Origin: the human T2T-CHM13v2.0 reference genome, Homo sapiens
Direction: 5' to 3' (one strand)
Assembly: GCF_009914755.1 (NCBI RefSeq)
Contig: NC_060934.1
Length of the DNA: 64,000 nt
In this document: positions 18,840 through 36,256 of the stretch, piece after piece
Layout: each line of letters starts with the position of its first letter
Position numbering within the stretch: the first letter of the stretch is position 1
Program-made: the position numbers and the translations under genes
The notes under the pieces: model-generated
What the model was told of the DNA's origin: nothing
Database searches by the model: none
Seen by the model: the letters and a program-made list of their open reading frames with translations, nothing else

Positions 18840-20110
18840 GTTTTTTATGAATAATTTCAAACATGTATAGTACAGAGAACACCTATATACTACACCCAGA
18901 TTCAATTAAACAGTTTCCTAGATTTTGCCACACCAGTATCAGACATTATGCCTTCCTTTCTTGGCTAAGTGTTTTTAAGCAAATCTCAGAACTCATGTCA
19001 TTTAACCACTCTATACTTCAGTATGCATTTCTATAAAATACAGACATTTTCATATATAACCACAATGCCATCATCAACTCTAGTCAAATTAACAATAATT
19101 CTGTGATTTGTCTAATTATCCATTATATTCACATTTCCTGATTGTAACAAAAATTTCATTTTATAGGAAGCTTGTTCAAAACAGTATCCAAATAGGATTA
19201 CACATTGCATTTGGTTATGTCGCCTAGAATCTTTTCATATAGAGCAGTGCCTTCCTCATCATTTTACTTTTTCATTCTACTGTCTTTTAATTTGTTTCTG
19301 TAAACTTCATGTTTCTTAATAACAACACTTTTGCTCTGAGGGTTCCATTATAGTCATGTTTGACCTTTCTTCCCAAAATTACATCATACGGGATGCCATG
19401 TATTTTATCTTCCTTCAAGTGGTAAATATTTCTGGTTTATTCACTAGAATAAGTATTACTTAAATTAATCAGTGGGTTCAAATGGTAAAAGCCTGACCTT
19501 TCATGGAAAAATTCTCCATTCATTTTTAAAAATGTCTTCATTCATTGAAAATCTTTGCCTAAATTATTGATTCTTATTATAAGTTGCAAAATGATAATGT
19601 TCTAATTCTGTCACTTCTTCAACCCTTTACATTTATTAGGTGGAATTCCTCTATAAAGAAGTAGTTTTCTTCGTCAACTAGGGCTACTTGGTCATATTGA
19701 AATACTGCTTATCCAAGAAAGAAAAAATAAATGTTTAATTATTTCCCTTTAATTTTCAGAGTGAGGTTACTTCCAATGTGACCAATGAGTCTTTTTTAAT
19801 TTGGGGGGTTAAGGGCTATCTTTTTAAAAAAACTATTATTATAAACATGTATATTTTTGTAAATTCACAGAGGTGTTCCTCAGTTAATTTGTTCTGATGT
19901 TCAAATTGTCCCATCTTTGGTCAATGAGTGACCCTTCAAACTGGTTTCGATGTCCTTTTGATGTAATTCCATTCATCTTTGACTACATCTTTGCTATCTG
20001 CATAAAAAGATGGCCAAGGCTCATCTTATGCATTTCCTGTCTCAGATCTGGAATTAGTCATTCTTCCATGGATTCCTAGTTCCTTTTAGTGGGACACAGC
20101 CAGTTTTTGA
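18840..20110 (-). mobile_element. Old L1M (L1MC-like) 3' region
   Basis: AATTTCAAACAT...ATAACCACAATGCCAT and TTCAAATTGTCCCATCTTTGG...TTCCTTTTAGTGGG, typical of L1MC 3'UTR antisense. Confidence 0.7.
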
Positions 20111-20289
20111 AAACTGGGATCATGAACATGAAAGTGTAAACACTAATGTGCTGGATCCTGGTTACTATTAGCTTCCACCGTGCCACACTCTCAGTGTCTG
20201 CCAGAGCAGATCTTTCAGTTGACTGATTTTTCCCTTTCATCTCCTACATGCTATACCTCCTGCCATGAATTTCAATGCACACAATAAAT

Positions 20290-21260
20290 ATTCCTTGTGA
20301 TGAGGACTGTGTATAATTCACCATTGAATCTCCAGGGCCTAGAACAGATCCTGAGATATGCCAGGGTGCCCAAAACTTTTTGTTGCATGAATACATTTTT
20401 CATTCTAAGAAAACTTTCCTGCCTCCCGTCTTTCTGAATCAATTACTTTTTAAAATTTTAAATTATAATTTACATCTCTATTAAAGTTTCTAGCACCTGA
20501 TACACTGGCACAGAGTAGGCATGCAATAAATATTATTAGATAAATAAATGAACATATGATGTCATAACACCAATCTTTTTCAAATCTATCAGGGCTTCCT
20601 CATTGCTCTTGCATACATTTTAAATTCCTCAACATGGTATACAAGGCTCTGCATCATCTGGTCCTGACTATCAATCCTTTTAGCCCCATCTTCTACAACT
20701 TTTCTTATTGCTCACCCAGCTCTAGCCTCACAGACTTTTTTTTAGTTCTTTAAAAGTACCTCATTCCACCCTGCCTCTGGGTTATCACATGCTCTTCCCT
20801 CTACCTGACATGATTCTCATTCTTCTCCTCTCCCTTCTCCATTCTGCCCACTTAATTCCAGCTCCTCTTTGGATATCCCCTTATAATCATCTCTTCTAGA
20901 AGGCCTTGTATGACTCACACACCTCCAGACCTCCTTGCTATATGTCCTCATAGCAAGGATGTCTTGTTACTTTATTACCATGGTATTTATTATACTAGTA
21001 ATGTGTTATTACTTGCTTAATGTCTATATTCTCCACTAGGCTGTAAGCTCTATCCAGGCAGTGTGATCTAACACTCTATTCCCCATTTCTCAATAGGTGC
21101 CCAATCAGTACTGGCTGAATCAATGGATATTAGATTCATTATTAGTAGATGGTAAGCTCCTGGAATACAGGAACTATGCTTTTTCCATCTTCATATCCTT
21201 TTGAGCTTCCAGAATGATTTGAATTACTAGAAGAGATTTAGGAAATGTTGATTGAGTGGC
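20290..21260 (+). mobile_element. Cluster of co-oriented L2 fragments and 3' ends
   Basis: Several L2 3'-end motifs: GCCTAGAACAG, TGGCACAGAGTAGGCATGCAATAAATA, TAGGCTGTAAGCTC, TAGATGGTAAGCTCC. Confidence 0.65.
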
Positions 21261-22104
21261 TAGACATTGTCCCTAATCAAGGCATTTAGTTGCCCTAACT
21301 GTGCAGAGAAAAGCATTTCCTGGCACAGCCTACCACTCCAGTCCAGATTCTGAGTATGAAGTACTTTTCCTCCTAATGCTTTGCAATGTACCTGTATGTT
21401 CACCTCCCCCACCATCAGCTTTAGACAAATCACAGTGCCAAAGAGCCAGCAGCTGGAAGGGTGGCCTAAGGAGATTGCCACGCTTGGACTGGTTGCATTT
21501 TTCTTTGTGCACCTAAGAACCGGTATTTAATCCATATGACCCTGCTCTATGCCTAGGACAAGGCTGAGTGCAAGCTGGGGGAAGAACCCTGCTCTATCCA
21601 GAATGATTTCACTGATAGGAAGCCATGCAACTGCATTCCATGGGTCCCTTTCAGCCGCCGCTTAGTAACAGAACAACTCCATAACCAGTTACAGCCATAG
21701 CCGGGAGGGGAAAGTCTAGTGCCACCTACTGGTTACAAGTCAGACTGCCTTGCTTACATAACAAATATAGCCTCTATGAAGGGCAGGCATTTTGAATATC
21801 TTGTCAACTTTAGTGTGAACTTTTATTATAGAAAGAACTATTCCATTTCATTTGGGACAGGGTGCTCCTTAGTGGATCAGCATACTTGGAATCAGTCAAT
21901 TGCAAAGTCAGGAATAAAGGTTCTTAAAAAACTGGCACAGTAGATTTAAGCTAATGGTCTAGAAAATTTCATATTGAGAAAGCAGAATTTATTTCTGGTG
22001 GGGATAGGATAGGGTGGGGAAGAGTAGAGAAGTCTTCAGTGCATCCATTGGTATCTGAATAACTACCCATTTGCAAACACAGTTACTGGCTAAGAGACGG
22101 TTTG

Positions 22105-22293
22105 CACAATGGCTAATACCTCAGACTTTAAAATCAAGCAAATCTGGATTCAGATTTCAGCTTGGGCACTTATTAGCTGCGTAACCATAGGCAAGTTGCA
22201 CAACTTCTTTGAGCCTCGGTTTTTCTCATCTGTAGAACAGAAGAATAGTACATAGTACCTACCTTATAGGATTTTTGTAAGACATAAGCGAAG

Positions 22294-22337
<44 letters not shown>

Positions 22338-22375
22338 CACTTAGCCCACTTACTCCAGTAGTGCTTATTAAGGTA
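22105..22375 (+). mobile_element. MIR containing (TA)20 at 22295-22334
   Basis: GGCAAGTTG..TTTGAGCCTCGGTTTTTCTCATCTGTA..TAAAGCACTTAG; perfect TA repeat. Confidence 0.8.
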
Positions 22376-22899
22376 ATTTTAAAAATTGTTACTTCTATAA
22401 GAAAACTTCTTAGAGCATTATTTTGATATGACTTTTCCAATCATTTACATAAAGACACAAAAGGCACAGCTCAGACTCTCAAAGAGCTTGCAGACTAGCT
22501 GGGAAAACTAATACATAAACACCTAACTGGCGCACAACTGGACAGCTATTCTAGTTGAGCTATGGGAAACAGAGGAGGGAGCAACAAAGTCTGTTTAGGT
22601 TGGGAGAAGAGACACAATAACTGAGTGGGTTCTTGAAAGATGGAGAGAACCACACCTAAGATGGACAAGTGAAGGGAAGAGCAAGAGTAAGAGCTTAGAG
22701 GCATGAAAGTGAAGGGCATGTTAGGAAATACAGAGTTGTCTGATGCAATGAAAGAGAACTTTAGGTGGGATGAAGCTCAGTGTATTCAAGTCCCCAGAAG
22801 AAGGCATAGTGGATCAAGACGAGTTGGCAAGAGTAAGAATGGGGACAGATGCTCTGCAAGGGTCCTTGGATGTTCTGTGATATTAGTAATGGACATTGA

Positions 22900-23500
22900 C
22901 TATTTTTGTCCAATGCCCATTTTTCTATCTGGCAACCTGGTTTTCCTTTGGGGAATAATCCATTCCGAATTTTCTGTCCATGTGGTTTGGGTTGTGCTGA
23001 TCAGCTAACCTCATATCCATTTCATTTTAAAGGGTAGTCATATGATCCATGCTTGGAGAATGAGTATATTCCATCTGCTTGATCACAGTGGCTGGTTCAA
23101 AGATTGATGATGTTACCTAGGTTAATCGAATCAGAGTGAACTCTAGGGCAGCTGAGAAAGCTTACAGCATTTGATTACTGTAGGGTGAGTGTAATGAACC
23201 CAACTGTAATGAACCCTAAGGTGACTCAGGGCGATTTATAGCATTTGATTACCATAAGGATGTACAAGCCTGGGCTGCTGGGGGGTCATCACATGTCCAC
23301 CAATGAGACAACAGAGAACAAAGAAAAAGTGAAGATAGAGAGGAGATGGACTAACCTCTGACTATGTAATCTGGACTCCTGGATCCAGCATTCCTGATGA
23401 ACTTTACAATTCCTGAACTTTTCAATAAATGTATCTTTTGCTTTAGGCCACATTAAATGGCTTGCTATCACTTTCAACCAAGAGATTCCCAACCAATAAA
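22900..23500 (+). mobile_element. Old MLT1 (J/K-like) LTR
   Basis: CCTGGATCCAGC...AATAAATG...TCACTTTCAACCAAGAGATTCC 3' terminus; boundaries approximate. Confidence 0.6.
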
Positions 23501-24502
23501 ATATCACTGGCTTCATATTTTTAAAACTTTTTGCATTTTATATCTCATGGGACTACCTCATTGTTATAACTCATACATAACTAGTAGACATTATTAATAC
23601 ATTTCTCAGCAAAATCAGGGATCCCTCTAATTCCCCAAACCAAGTCTTTCAGATGTAAACTCTTTAAATTCCTGATGAGCGAGGAAACAATAGATTCAGC
23701 AGATAGGTAAGAAAGTTATTACACCTAGTTTGCAGCCCAAGCTAGTATTTCAGTCAACAATGCATGCCATTTTTAGACAATTAAGGTTTGAAAACCATCT
23801 GCATGAGTTTTAAAGACTGTTACAGGCCCTCTGCCTATTGTTGGTCATGTTTTCACTGCTGAATTCCCGCTGAATATATAAGAAGACTAAAAAGAAAGCT
23901 CTTTACTATTGACAGCTTTGATTCCAGCCCCAGCAAAGCATTATACTTGGAAATCAGCATGCTCTCTTATTGCGCATGGAAGCCAGCCAGCTGACAAGAA
24001 AGAGCCACTGCTCTGGGACAAGGCCACAAACACAGGTGCCAGCATGCCCTCTCTCAGCTGCCCCTGCTGGAACTGCAGTGCTCAGCAAGGGACATATCTG
24101 TATGGGATACACAGAGGCTTCAGCAGAGTAAAAATGTTCATAAAAGGAAGTATTTGGCATGATAGATTACATTTTTCCTATCTTTATATAATTTCAAAGG
24201 TTCAAACAGTACTAAGTTAGCCCACCCAAACAAAAATCTTTCCCCCTACACCCAGGAAAGAGGGGTCAGTTTCAGGAGACCCCATCATGAATCATGAAAG
24301 CCTAAAAAGTGTGCCAACCAGAAAGAATAAAAGCAACACACCCATCCATAGTGCCCCCTGAATGTATAATATAATACACAATACACACATTCAGTCTGCC
24401 TTTCTGAATCATTATTCTGACAATACAGTGTAAAGAGGTTGATTCCACAGCAGATGACAAATGCCCTCTTCTAGGCTGAGGAAACAGCATATATGCTGCT
24501 AG

Positions 24503-24889
<387 letters not shown>

Positions 24890-25426
24890 TACTATTTGTT
24901 TTAAATCAAATGTGGGGGAAAAAATCACCATTTAAAATTACTCCGTAAACATCAAAGGATATTTCAGAACTCAGGACAACCCCATGCAGTTAACGATATT
25001 CTTGATCAACTGCCAAATCTAACATTGTCCAGTGTCTAGGTCAAAGAGATTCCCTTTTCCCTAAAAGACCTGCAGACACTGAATAATAAGGAAAACCTAA
25101 GTGTGTGGGTGTGTTTGTATGTGCATAACCCCCATGATATTTGCTGTTATTGCCCACTACTTTTTTTCCTAGCACTTCCACAACTGTAATTAAAGAATGT
25201 GTTGTGCAATGCCCTTATTTCCTTGTTGCCTGTCAGTGGACTGAAAACTCTGTGGGAACTGGGACAAATTGTGACTTATTATTAAATCTACCTGAGCCCA
25301 TCACAGAGCTGAGAGAATAGAAAGCACTTGCTAACAATTTGTTAAATGAGTGGAGTGACAGTAAAAAAGAGAAGTCCACTTCAAACGATGTTGAGCATAT
25401 GACTAAAAAATAAAATACATTACACT

Positions 25427-25516
25427 ATATATGTATATTTGCATATATATACATATACATACATACATACACATATATATATATAATATTAATATATATC
25501 TGTATATCTCATACAT
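25427..25516. repeat. (TA)n/(TACA)n low-complexity tract
   Basis: Read directly from the sequence. Confidence 0.85.
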
Positions 25517-26878
25517 TGATATGGTTTGGCTGTGTCCCCACCCAAATGTCATCTTGAATTCCCACATGTTGTGGGAGGGACCCAGTGGGAGGTAACTGAA
25601 TCATGGGGGCAGGTCTTTCCCTTGCTCTTCTCATGACAGTGAATAAGTCTCATGAGATCTAATGGTTCTATAAGAAAGAGTTTCCCTGAACAAGCTTTTT
25701 TTTTTTCCTACTGCCATCCATGTAAGATGTGACTTGCTCTCCTTTGCCTTCCATCATGATTGTGAGGCCTCCCCAGTCACATGAAACTGTAAGTTCATTA
25801 AACCCTTTTTCCTGTACAAATTACCCAGCCTCGGGTATGTTTTCATCAGCAGTTTTCTTCATCAGTGAAAACGGACTAATACAGTAAATTAGTACTAGTA
25901 GAGTTGGGGCACTGCTGAAAAGACACCTGAAAATGTGGAAGCAACTTTGGAATTGAGTAACAGGCAGAGATTGGAACAGTTTGGAGGGCTCAGAGGAAGA
26001 CAGAAAAATGTGGGGCAGTTTGGAACTCTCTAGAAACTTGTTGAATGGCTTTGACCAAAATGCTGATAATGACATGGACAATGAAATCCAGGCTGAGATA
26101 GTCTCAGATGGAGATGAGGATGGAGCAAAGGTGACTCTTGTTATGTTTTAGCAAAGAGACTGGATGCATTTTTCCCCTGCCCTAGAGATTTGTGGGACTT
26201 TGAACTTGGGAGATATGATTTAGGGTAGCTGGCAGAAGAAATTTCTAAGCAGCAAAGCATTCAGGAGGTGACTTTGGTGCTGTTAAAGGGATTCAGTTTT
26301 ACAAAGGAAGCAGAACATAAAGGTTCAGGAAATTTGCAGCCTGACAATGCAATAGAAAAGAAAATCCCATTTTCTGAGAAGAAATTCTCAAGCCAGCTGC
26401 AGAAATTTGCATACATAACAAGGAGCCAAATGTTCATCCCCAAGACTCTGGGGGACTGACAGAAAGGCATGATTGGTTTTGAAATGTGAGGACATGAGAT
26501 TTTGGCGGGGCCAGGGGCAGAATGATATGGTTTGGCTGTGTGCCCACAAATTCTCACCTTGAATTCTCACATGTTGAGGGAGTAACCTGGTAGGAAGTAA
26601 TTGAATCACAGGGCAGGTCTTTCCCATGCTGTTCTCATGATAGTGAATAAGTCTCATAAGATCTGATGGTTATATAAGGGGAGTTTCCCTGCAGAAGCAT
26701 TTTTTTTTTTTGCCTGCTGCCATCCACATAAGATATAACTTGCTCTTTCTTGCCTTCTGCCATGATTGTAAGACCTCCCCAGCCATGTGGAACTGTAAGT
26801 CCATTAAACCCTTTTTCCTGTATACATTACCCAGTCTTAGGTATGTCTTCATCAGCAGTGTGAAAACGGACTAATACC
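25517..26878 (+). mobile_element. THE1A/B element, two LTRs (25517-25883, 26523-26878) with an internally deleted int region
   Basis: TGATATGGTTTGG starts; 639-bp internal region; TSD TACAT/TACCT. Confidence 0.92.
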
Positions 26879-27195
26879 TACCTATTTCATAAATCACCTT
26901 CATTCTGGGGAAAGATATTAATAGCAAATGAAGACTGATCCCAAAGCGAAGAAGTCATGCTTACAGATGCAGCAAATATTGACTAAACACAATGCTGTGA
27001 CAAGAATAGAGCTGGGCTTGTAAGGAATTCAGTCCTTATCCAGGAAAAGTAGTTAATACACACATGAAAGATCAAAGGGTTGGATAAAAAGAATCTTAAG
27101 GCATGTATTCTTTTCAGTGACCCCCCCTGCCCGCCCCCAGCTTTCAGGAGAGTGCACCCACCTGGATACAGCCAAATAATACCGGTCCTCTTGAA

Positions 27196-27428
27196 ACTGT
27201 CTCAAACTATGACCTTGGGACCTTTTGCATTAGAGTCACATTGGGAACTTATTAGAATGCAGAACACTGGGTTTCACCTAAAATCTGTTGAATAAGCATC
27301 TCTAGGGCTGGATACTGAAAGGTTTTTTTTTTGTTTGTTTGTTTTGTTTTTTTGGAACTTCATGGTTGAATTTTTTTTTGGAACTTCCTGGTTTATTTTT
27401 TTCACATCCTAAATTTTGAAAATCATTG
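27196..27428. mobile_element. MER5A-like hAT-Charlie MITE
   Basis: TCTCAAAC..TGGGAACTTATTAGAATGCAG..TTTGAAAATCATTG. Confidence 0.65.
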
Positions 27429-27769
27429 CCAAATCAAGAATAAGTTGCCATAATTTTATGACCTGAGGAAAATAGCCCTGAAAATGCTATATTTTAATAA
27501 AATTTGATTAAAATGTGATTTTGAAACGTGACATGAGCTTTGATCAAAAATGCAAAATATTTTGTCAACTCCTTTGATGTGTTTAAATTGGGCACTGGCT
27601 TCTTTGGACACTTTTTTTCTTATGAAATGGTTTGCATAACTGGGATGGCTGGAGCTTGGAGTGAAAGAAGGAAAGCGTTGTGAGAGACACAAGAGAGTAG
27701 ATGAGAATGAGCCAGGAAGGACTATTTTGAAAATATTGTTTTGTATACTAATAACAACGGACACTCACT

Positions 27770-28560
27770 GACAAATAGTGAGTGTTTAAGCAGGGGCAAA
27801 AAGTGTTCACTTGGCTTCCAGCATATCTGAAAGCACTTTCTGGGAGCAGGAAAATAGTTGAGGAAACAGGGGGTGGGGAAGTGTGATAACAAGGAGACCA
27901 GTTGGTTCCTGTAGAGCTACAGATGAGAGGAGATGGTGGCTTTGGAGTAGTATATTGGTAGTCAGAAGGTAGACCTGCATGACTTTAAGAGATATATAAG
28001 AGGAAGAATTCACGAAACTTGGTTATTGATGGGATGTAGTAGAGGGAGAAGCAATAAGAATAATTCCAGGTTTTTGGGCAATTGGAAGGTGGTGACATTG
28101 GCTTAGATAGAAAAGCCTAAATGAAGACAACCAGGTTGGTGTGGTTAAAACAAGATGGGGATAATTCATCAATTTAATTTTGGATATCTGGAGTTCAATA
28201 AAGTGGTGACATCAAAGTAGAAAAATCTAGTAAATAAATACATCTAGAATTCAGGAAAGAGATTTGACCAGGATCAGAAACATAGCTGTAGGAGTCCCCA
28301 GAAAAAGAAGAAGAATTCAAAGCATAGGAGTAGGTTTAATTATATAAAGACAGTATGAAATTGGGATGAGAAGTGGGTCTAGGCTAGCACATTTAAAGAA
28401 TAAGCAAGCAAAGAAGAGTGTATAAAAGTGATGGAAGAAAACATCTAAAGAGGTAAAGAACAAGAAAGAGTAGGCAGTTAAGGGAAGATAATATTTCTAA
28501 AAGGAAGGAATAATCTACAGTGGTGTTGATGCTGTGAGTTCAAGTCAAAGATGGCCATAC
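27770..28560 (-). mobile_element. L2 internal remnant
   Basis: Purine-rich L2-antisense pattern (TTCCAGGTTTTTGG, TTTTGGATAT..GAGTT). Confidence 0.6.
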
Positions 28561-29344
28561 ATATATGTATACAAAACATATCTAAGCAAAGGAGAAAAGA
28601 GAAAGACTTCATGTTGGAAAGGACTAAATGACATAGTAGGGCCAGTGCTAATAGTGACCAAATGCAAAATGCAATGCAGTTAAAAGTTGCAAAGTATATT
28701 ATTTTCCAGAAGGAATGGGGTCTCAGTTAATTCTTGATGAATGATGGATGTCCAGATAACTGAAGGAAGTTTTATGCTGAATACTAAGTCTCATTATTTT
28801 GGATACCCAATTCCTGTATGACAATGATACAGTTCAATATAGTATCAATTTTAATCATAGTCACTAGTGCGCATTGGCTTCCAAATTTTTTTTAGTGATT
28901 TTAAAAAAATTTTAGGCTGACCAGGATTCATTCATCAGACTTTAACAGCCTCTAATTTCACTTGGCCAGATAGCTCTCCCTAATTTTAATTCCATCTGGG
29001 TATGATCAATCTGTCCCCTTCCCTTTTATTCCTCCTTTGAGTTTCATGGTTCCATGCGTGAAACATGAAACTTCTCTTCAAGACTATTCTTAGATGATTC
29101 TGTGGATGATACAATTGGAGCCCCTCAACTCTCAAATGTTGGAACATTCCACAAACAAAAAGCTGTCACACTGGAACTGTAAGATCCCTTAGATGTAATC
29201 TAGTCTCCCATTTCACAGGGAGCAACATGTGAACCTAAGAGCTAAATTAACTTACCCAAGGCCATACAATGGTAAAACTACATCAGGTAACTCCAGTCAT
29301 GGGTTCTAACTGCCTTTCAACAAGCACTCTATTTCCTCACTCCA

Positions 29345-29737
29345 TGTTGCCTTTGATCTTCCAGAAGATGAAATTTGGTCATAGCCATTGGTTCAGATTA
29401 CGGTCACATGGAACAATTAGACTCAATTCCAGGATTTTTTCTTTCTTTTTGAGCTATTAGGGAAGCACACGCTTTTTCCCTTGTTTTTGAACTTGAACAG
29501 CTACCACAATTTTACCCTTAGAAGGGAAGAATCTTTCTGAGAATGGAGCTAAGACAGCAGAAGGTAGAAAGAAATCAGATCTCAGTGCCATGGTATCAGC
29601 CACTTGTCAAGCCATGCCTCATGAGCCCTACCCATGGAGGTGCTACCTAAATGAGCCCTCATCTTTTCCTTTTTGCATAAACCAGCTTAGATTGTGTTTT
29701 CCGCCACTTACAATTAAGAGAGTCCTGATTAATACAT
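29345..29737 (+). mobile_element. Old MLT1 LTR
   Basis: Ends CACTTACAATTAAGAGAGTCCTGATTAATACA; start approximate. Confidence 0.65.
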
Positions 29738-30354
29738 CGTTAATTCTTCCACTGTCCCTTAACTGAAAGTAAGGTGTTCCTAATGAAGGTGATATGCACT
29801 GGTGGTAAGAAATCTGAAGACTGTAGAAGAATCCCAAACAGTCATTTATTTTAAAACATGTGCCTCATGCTCCCATCACTCCGTGAGAAATTTCTGCCTT
29901 GAATAACCTTACTCAGCCTTGGCTCTTGTTGCTTCATTATGAAATCTAGGTGAAGAGGCTGCAGTCATTCTGATTACTGAAGAAAGTAATCACGTCAGAA
30001 CCTTGGGCCCCATGCTGGGCGTCAGCTGGCTCAACTTTCCCTAGGACAATACCAAGGAGCCCTCAAAAGCAATTTTCCATGTTCCCATTGATTAAACCCA
30101 AAAAAACTTTTTTAGAAATAAGAGTTGATTGTTCAACAAGAAAAAGCTTGCAAAGTTTCAGCATAGTTTTCTCCATACTAATTGTAGGTTTAAAATGAGA
30201 GACACCACATTAAGTATTTCCATGTAAAAAATAAAGATAAATAAGTATTTTGAGGACTGGAAGGGCACAGGTCTTAAGGGTCAAAAACCTGGCTCCAGTC
30301 TGAATTTTGCCACTCATAGCTGTGTATCCTTGCCATCTTTGGACTACAGTTTTT

Positions 30355-30666
<312 letters not shown>

Positions 30667-31264
30667 AGGACTATAGTTTTTGATAAAGTAGAGGAGCTGG
30701 ATTGTTTGTTTCTTTAGTGGCTACTTGTTTACTAATAGTATGTCAGAATCATTGAGAAAATGCATTTTGGGGTTCAGGATTCTCACAATGTAAATTCAAT
30801 GGCTGAATTACCTCCTGCAAGAAACTTGACCTCTCTGAGCATGTTTCATGATCTGGAAATTGTGGTAAATAAATGTATTTACATTTTAGGGATTTTTAAG
30901 GAATAGATAAGATTATACACATAGAATTTAGCTTACATGAGTTAAATAAATTGCAATAATAATTATTAGCAACTTAAAATTTTATAACAGTTTTCAGAGA
31001 TGTAATGAAAGATAAACTGTTTTAAGACTAGGAGCCCTGTTGTTTGATATGCTTCAGGGATTGCTTAGAAGTATAGAGCCTAAGATGAGTGTACACAGGA
31101 CATGCGGGGAGGGGATGGTCATCTTCATAGTCTTTTCTTTTACCTGCTTAAACAACTTATTTTGTACAGAGATGTGTATGTATATATATTTATATATATG
31201 TAAACATAGATATATGTATATATACACCCATACATATGTATACATACACAAAAATGCATGTATA

Positions 31265-34012
<2,748 letters not shown>

Positions 34013-35632
34013 CACATGGGAATAAAAGAAGAGCTTTTTCCTGAGTAGGCCCTTTCCACAAGGGACATGTTAGTAGAAAAAGGGTGAATGTGTTCTGGTT
34101 TCCTCTACACCACCTAGAATCTGACCCTGTGTCCCATGAGCTTGGCCCTGCATGGACCCCCTTAAATAGCCTAGTGAAAAGCCCATGGGGAGATGGGGAG
34201 GCCAGCTTGTTTTCATATGCTAGGCTTCAAAATCTCCCTGCTGACTTGGCAGCATGAGAACAATAAGTATAAATTCCTTTTACCCTTGTAGGACCTTGGT
34301 CATAGCATCACAGAATTTAAACATCTAAGATTTTTTAAAAAGTTTAGTTTTGGCAAAATATTGTCTGAAAATGCAGAGATTTCTGCCTGTGTTAGATGAC
34401 TTAATGGTTTGGGATGGCAATAAAATATTTCCTTTAAAAAATGTTTCCTTTAAAATGTATTTCTTAGAAGACGGATACAAGAGAGTCAAACTTAAAAGTC
34501 TGAAAAGGCTCTATCTTTTTTATAACATCACTTTTCAACATGTTCCTTGAAGAACTATGACAGAAACAATTGCTTTAGAGAATAGTGAAATTATACTTAA
34601 TATGGCAAAGAGAGTAAATCTCTCCTCTGCAGCATTTCACTTCTAATCAGTCTTAAGTAATAGTGAAGAGATGTTCATTGGGAGCGTAATTTACTCTTTA
34701 TACAAAAGAAAAAAATTCTAGAATAATTTACTACATTTACATCTCCAACCCAAACATAAAACAGGAGGGAAACCAATTTTCTTATCACATGACATGATGA
34801 TTTACAGGAGAAAAGAGAATTAATGTATCTTCTTGTAGGACATGAAAATATCCAAGAACAAACCATTGTGGTTTTTTTTAAGCACAGAAAGAGAAACAAG
34901 TACAATGCAAATACCTTTGATCTCAAAAACTTCCCCCTTTTTGTGTCTTAAAAAAAGACTTGTGTCTTGTCTCCCAGTCAAGCATAATAAGCATAGATTC
35001 TTGAAATGGTTGTAGCCTCAATTTGATCTATCATGTTCCCTCCTCCTGTAAATGTTCTGTATCAGACACTCTTTCCAATGCACACTTTTAAAATTTAATT
35101 AGTTCCCTTGCACAGAGAAATAATGTTTCCAAAGGATAGTTCAAAAAATGTTAAACTTACATGAAATCTTAGCATGGGGCAAACATTTTGCCCAAAGTTT
35201 CCCCGGTTCATCTTTAAAGTTTATTTCTCTGAAAAAGATGTTAGCTTTTTCTCTCCAAGGCCTGTATGAAATGAATAATTCATGTCCTAAAATTCATTAG
35301 TTCTAGAATATTCTAATTTAATTTAAGCCATGAGTGCTTTCCTCAGATGCTTTTTTGAGATAAGTGCATCACCCTCACCCATACCCAGGGAGTCTCCAGT
35401 TAGACGATTATATCCTAGAAGTCCATGTATCAACTTTTTGGCTTTCAGTTTATCTTTCCCTATAGGCACTGTGATGGTTAATGTTGAGTGTCAACTTGAT
35501 TGCACAATATTTCAGTACTGATTGACTGTCTGTAATGTTTAGAGTATATTTCAGCTACAGGATAGTTTATATGTTTTGGTAGGTCTTAGGGGGAAAAAAA
35601 AACTTTCTGAGTTCTTTTTAAGAGTAAATCTC

Positions 35633-36256
35633 CTGGGAATGTAAAATATTGCAGCTGCTGTGGAAAATGGTCTGATAATTTCTCAAATAATTAAACATGG
35701 AGTTACCATGTGACCCAGAAATTCTACTCTAGATACATAGGAGAAATAAAAATACATGTCCACAAAAAAACTTGTATACAGACATTCATAGCAGCATTAT
35801 TTATGATAACCCAAAGTGGAACTAACCCAAATGTCTATCCAAGGACAAATGGATAAACAAAATGTGGTGTGTTCATACAATGGAATATTATTTGACAATA
35901 AAACGGAAGAACTGATATACACTATAACTTGGATGAACCTTGAAAACATTATCCTAAGTGAATGAAGCCAGTCACAAAAGTCCACATATAAGATTCCATT
36001 TATATGAAAGTCCAGAACAGAGAAATCTATAGGGACAGGAAGATTTGTGGTCATTTGGAGCTGGGGAGAGAGTTGGGAGTGGCGAGCAATAGCTAAAGTT
36101 TACAGGCTGTAAGATGTAAGATGATGAAAATGTTCTAAACTCGATTGTGGTAATAGTTGCACATATCTGTGAATATACACTAAACAAATTTATTTGTACA
36201 TTTTAAATAGGTGAATTGTATGATATGTGAATTGTATCTCAATAAAGCTTTTTAAA
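35633..36256 (+). mobile_element. L1MB-type 3' end
   Basis: CCCAAATGTCTATC..GGATGAACCTTGAAAACATTAT..AATTGTATCTCAATAAAGC. Confidence 0.85.

Noticed and set aside
25765-26790. PRDM9-A hotspot motif CCTCCCTAGCCAC in the THE1A/B LTRs
   Set aside because: The copies read CCTCCCCAGTCAC and CCTCCCCAGCCAT, lacking the critical T
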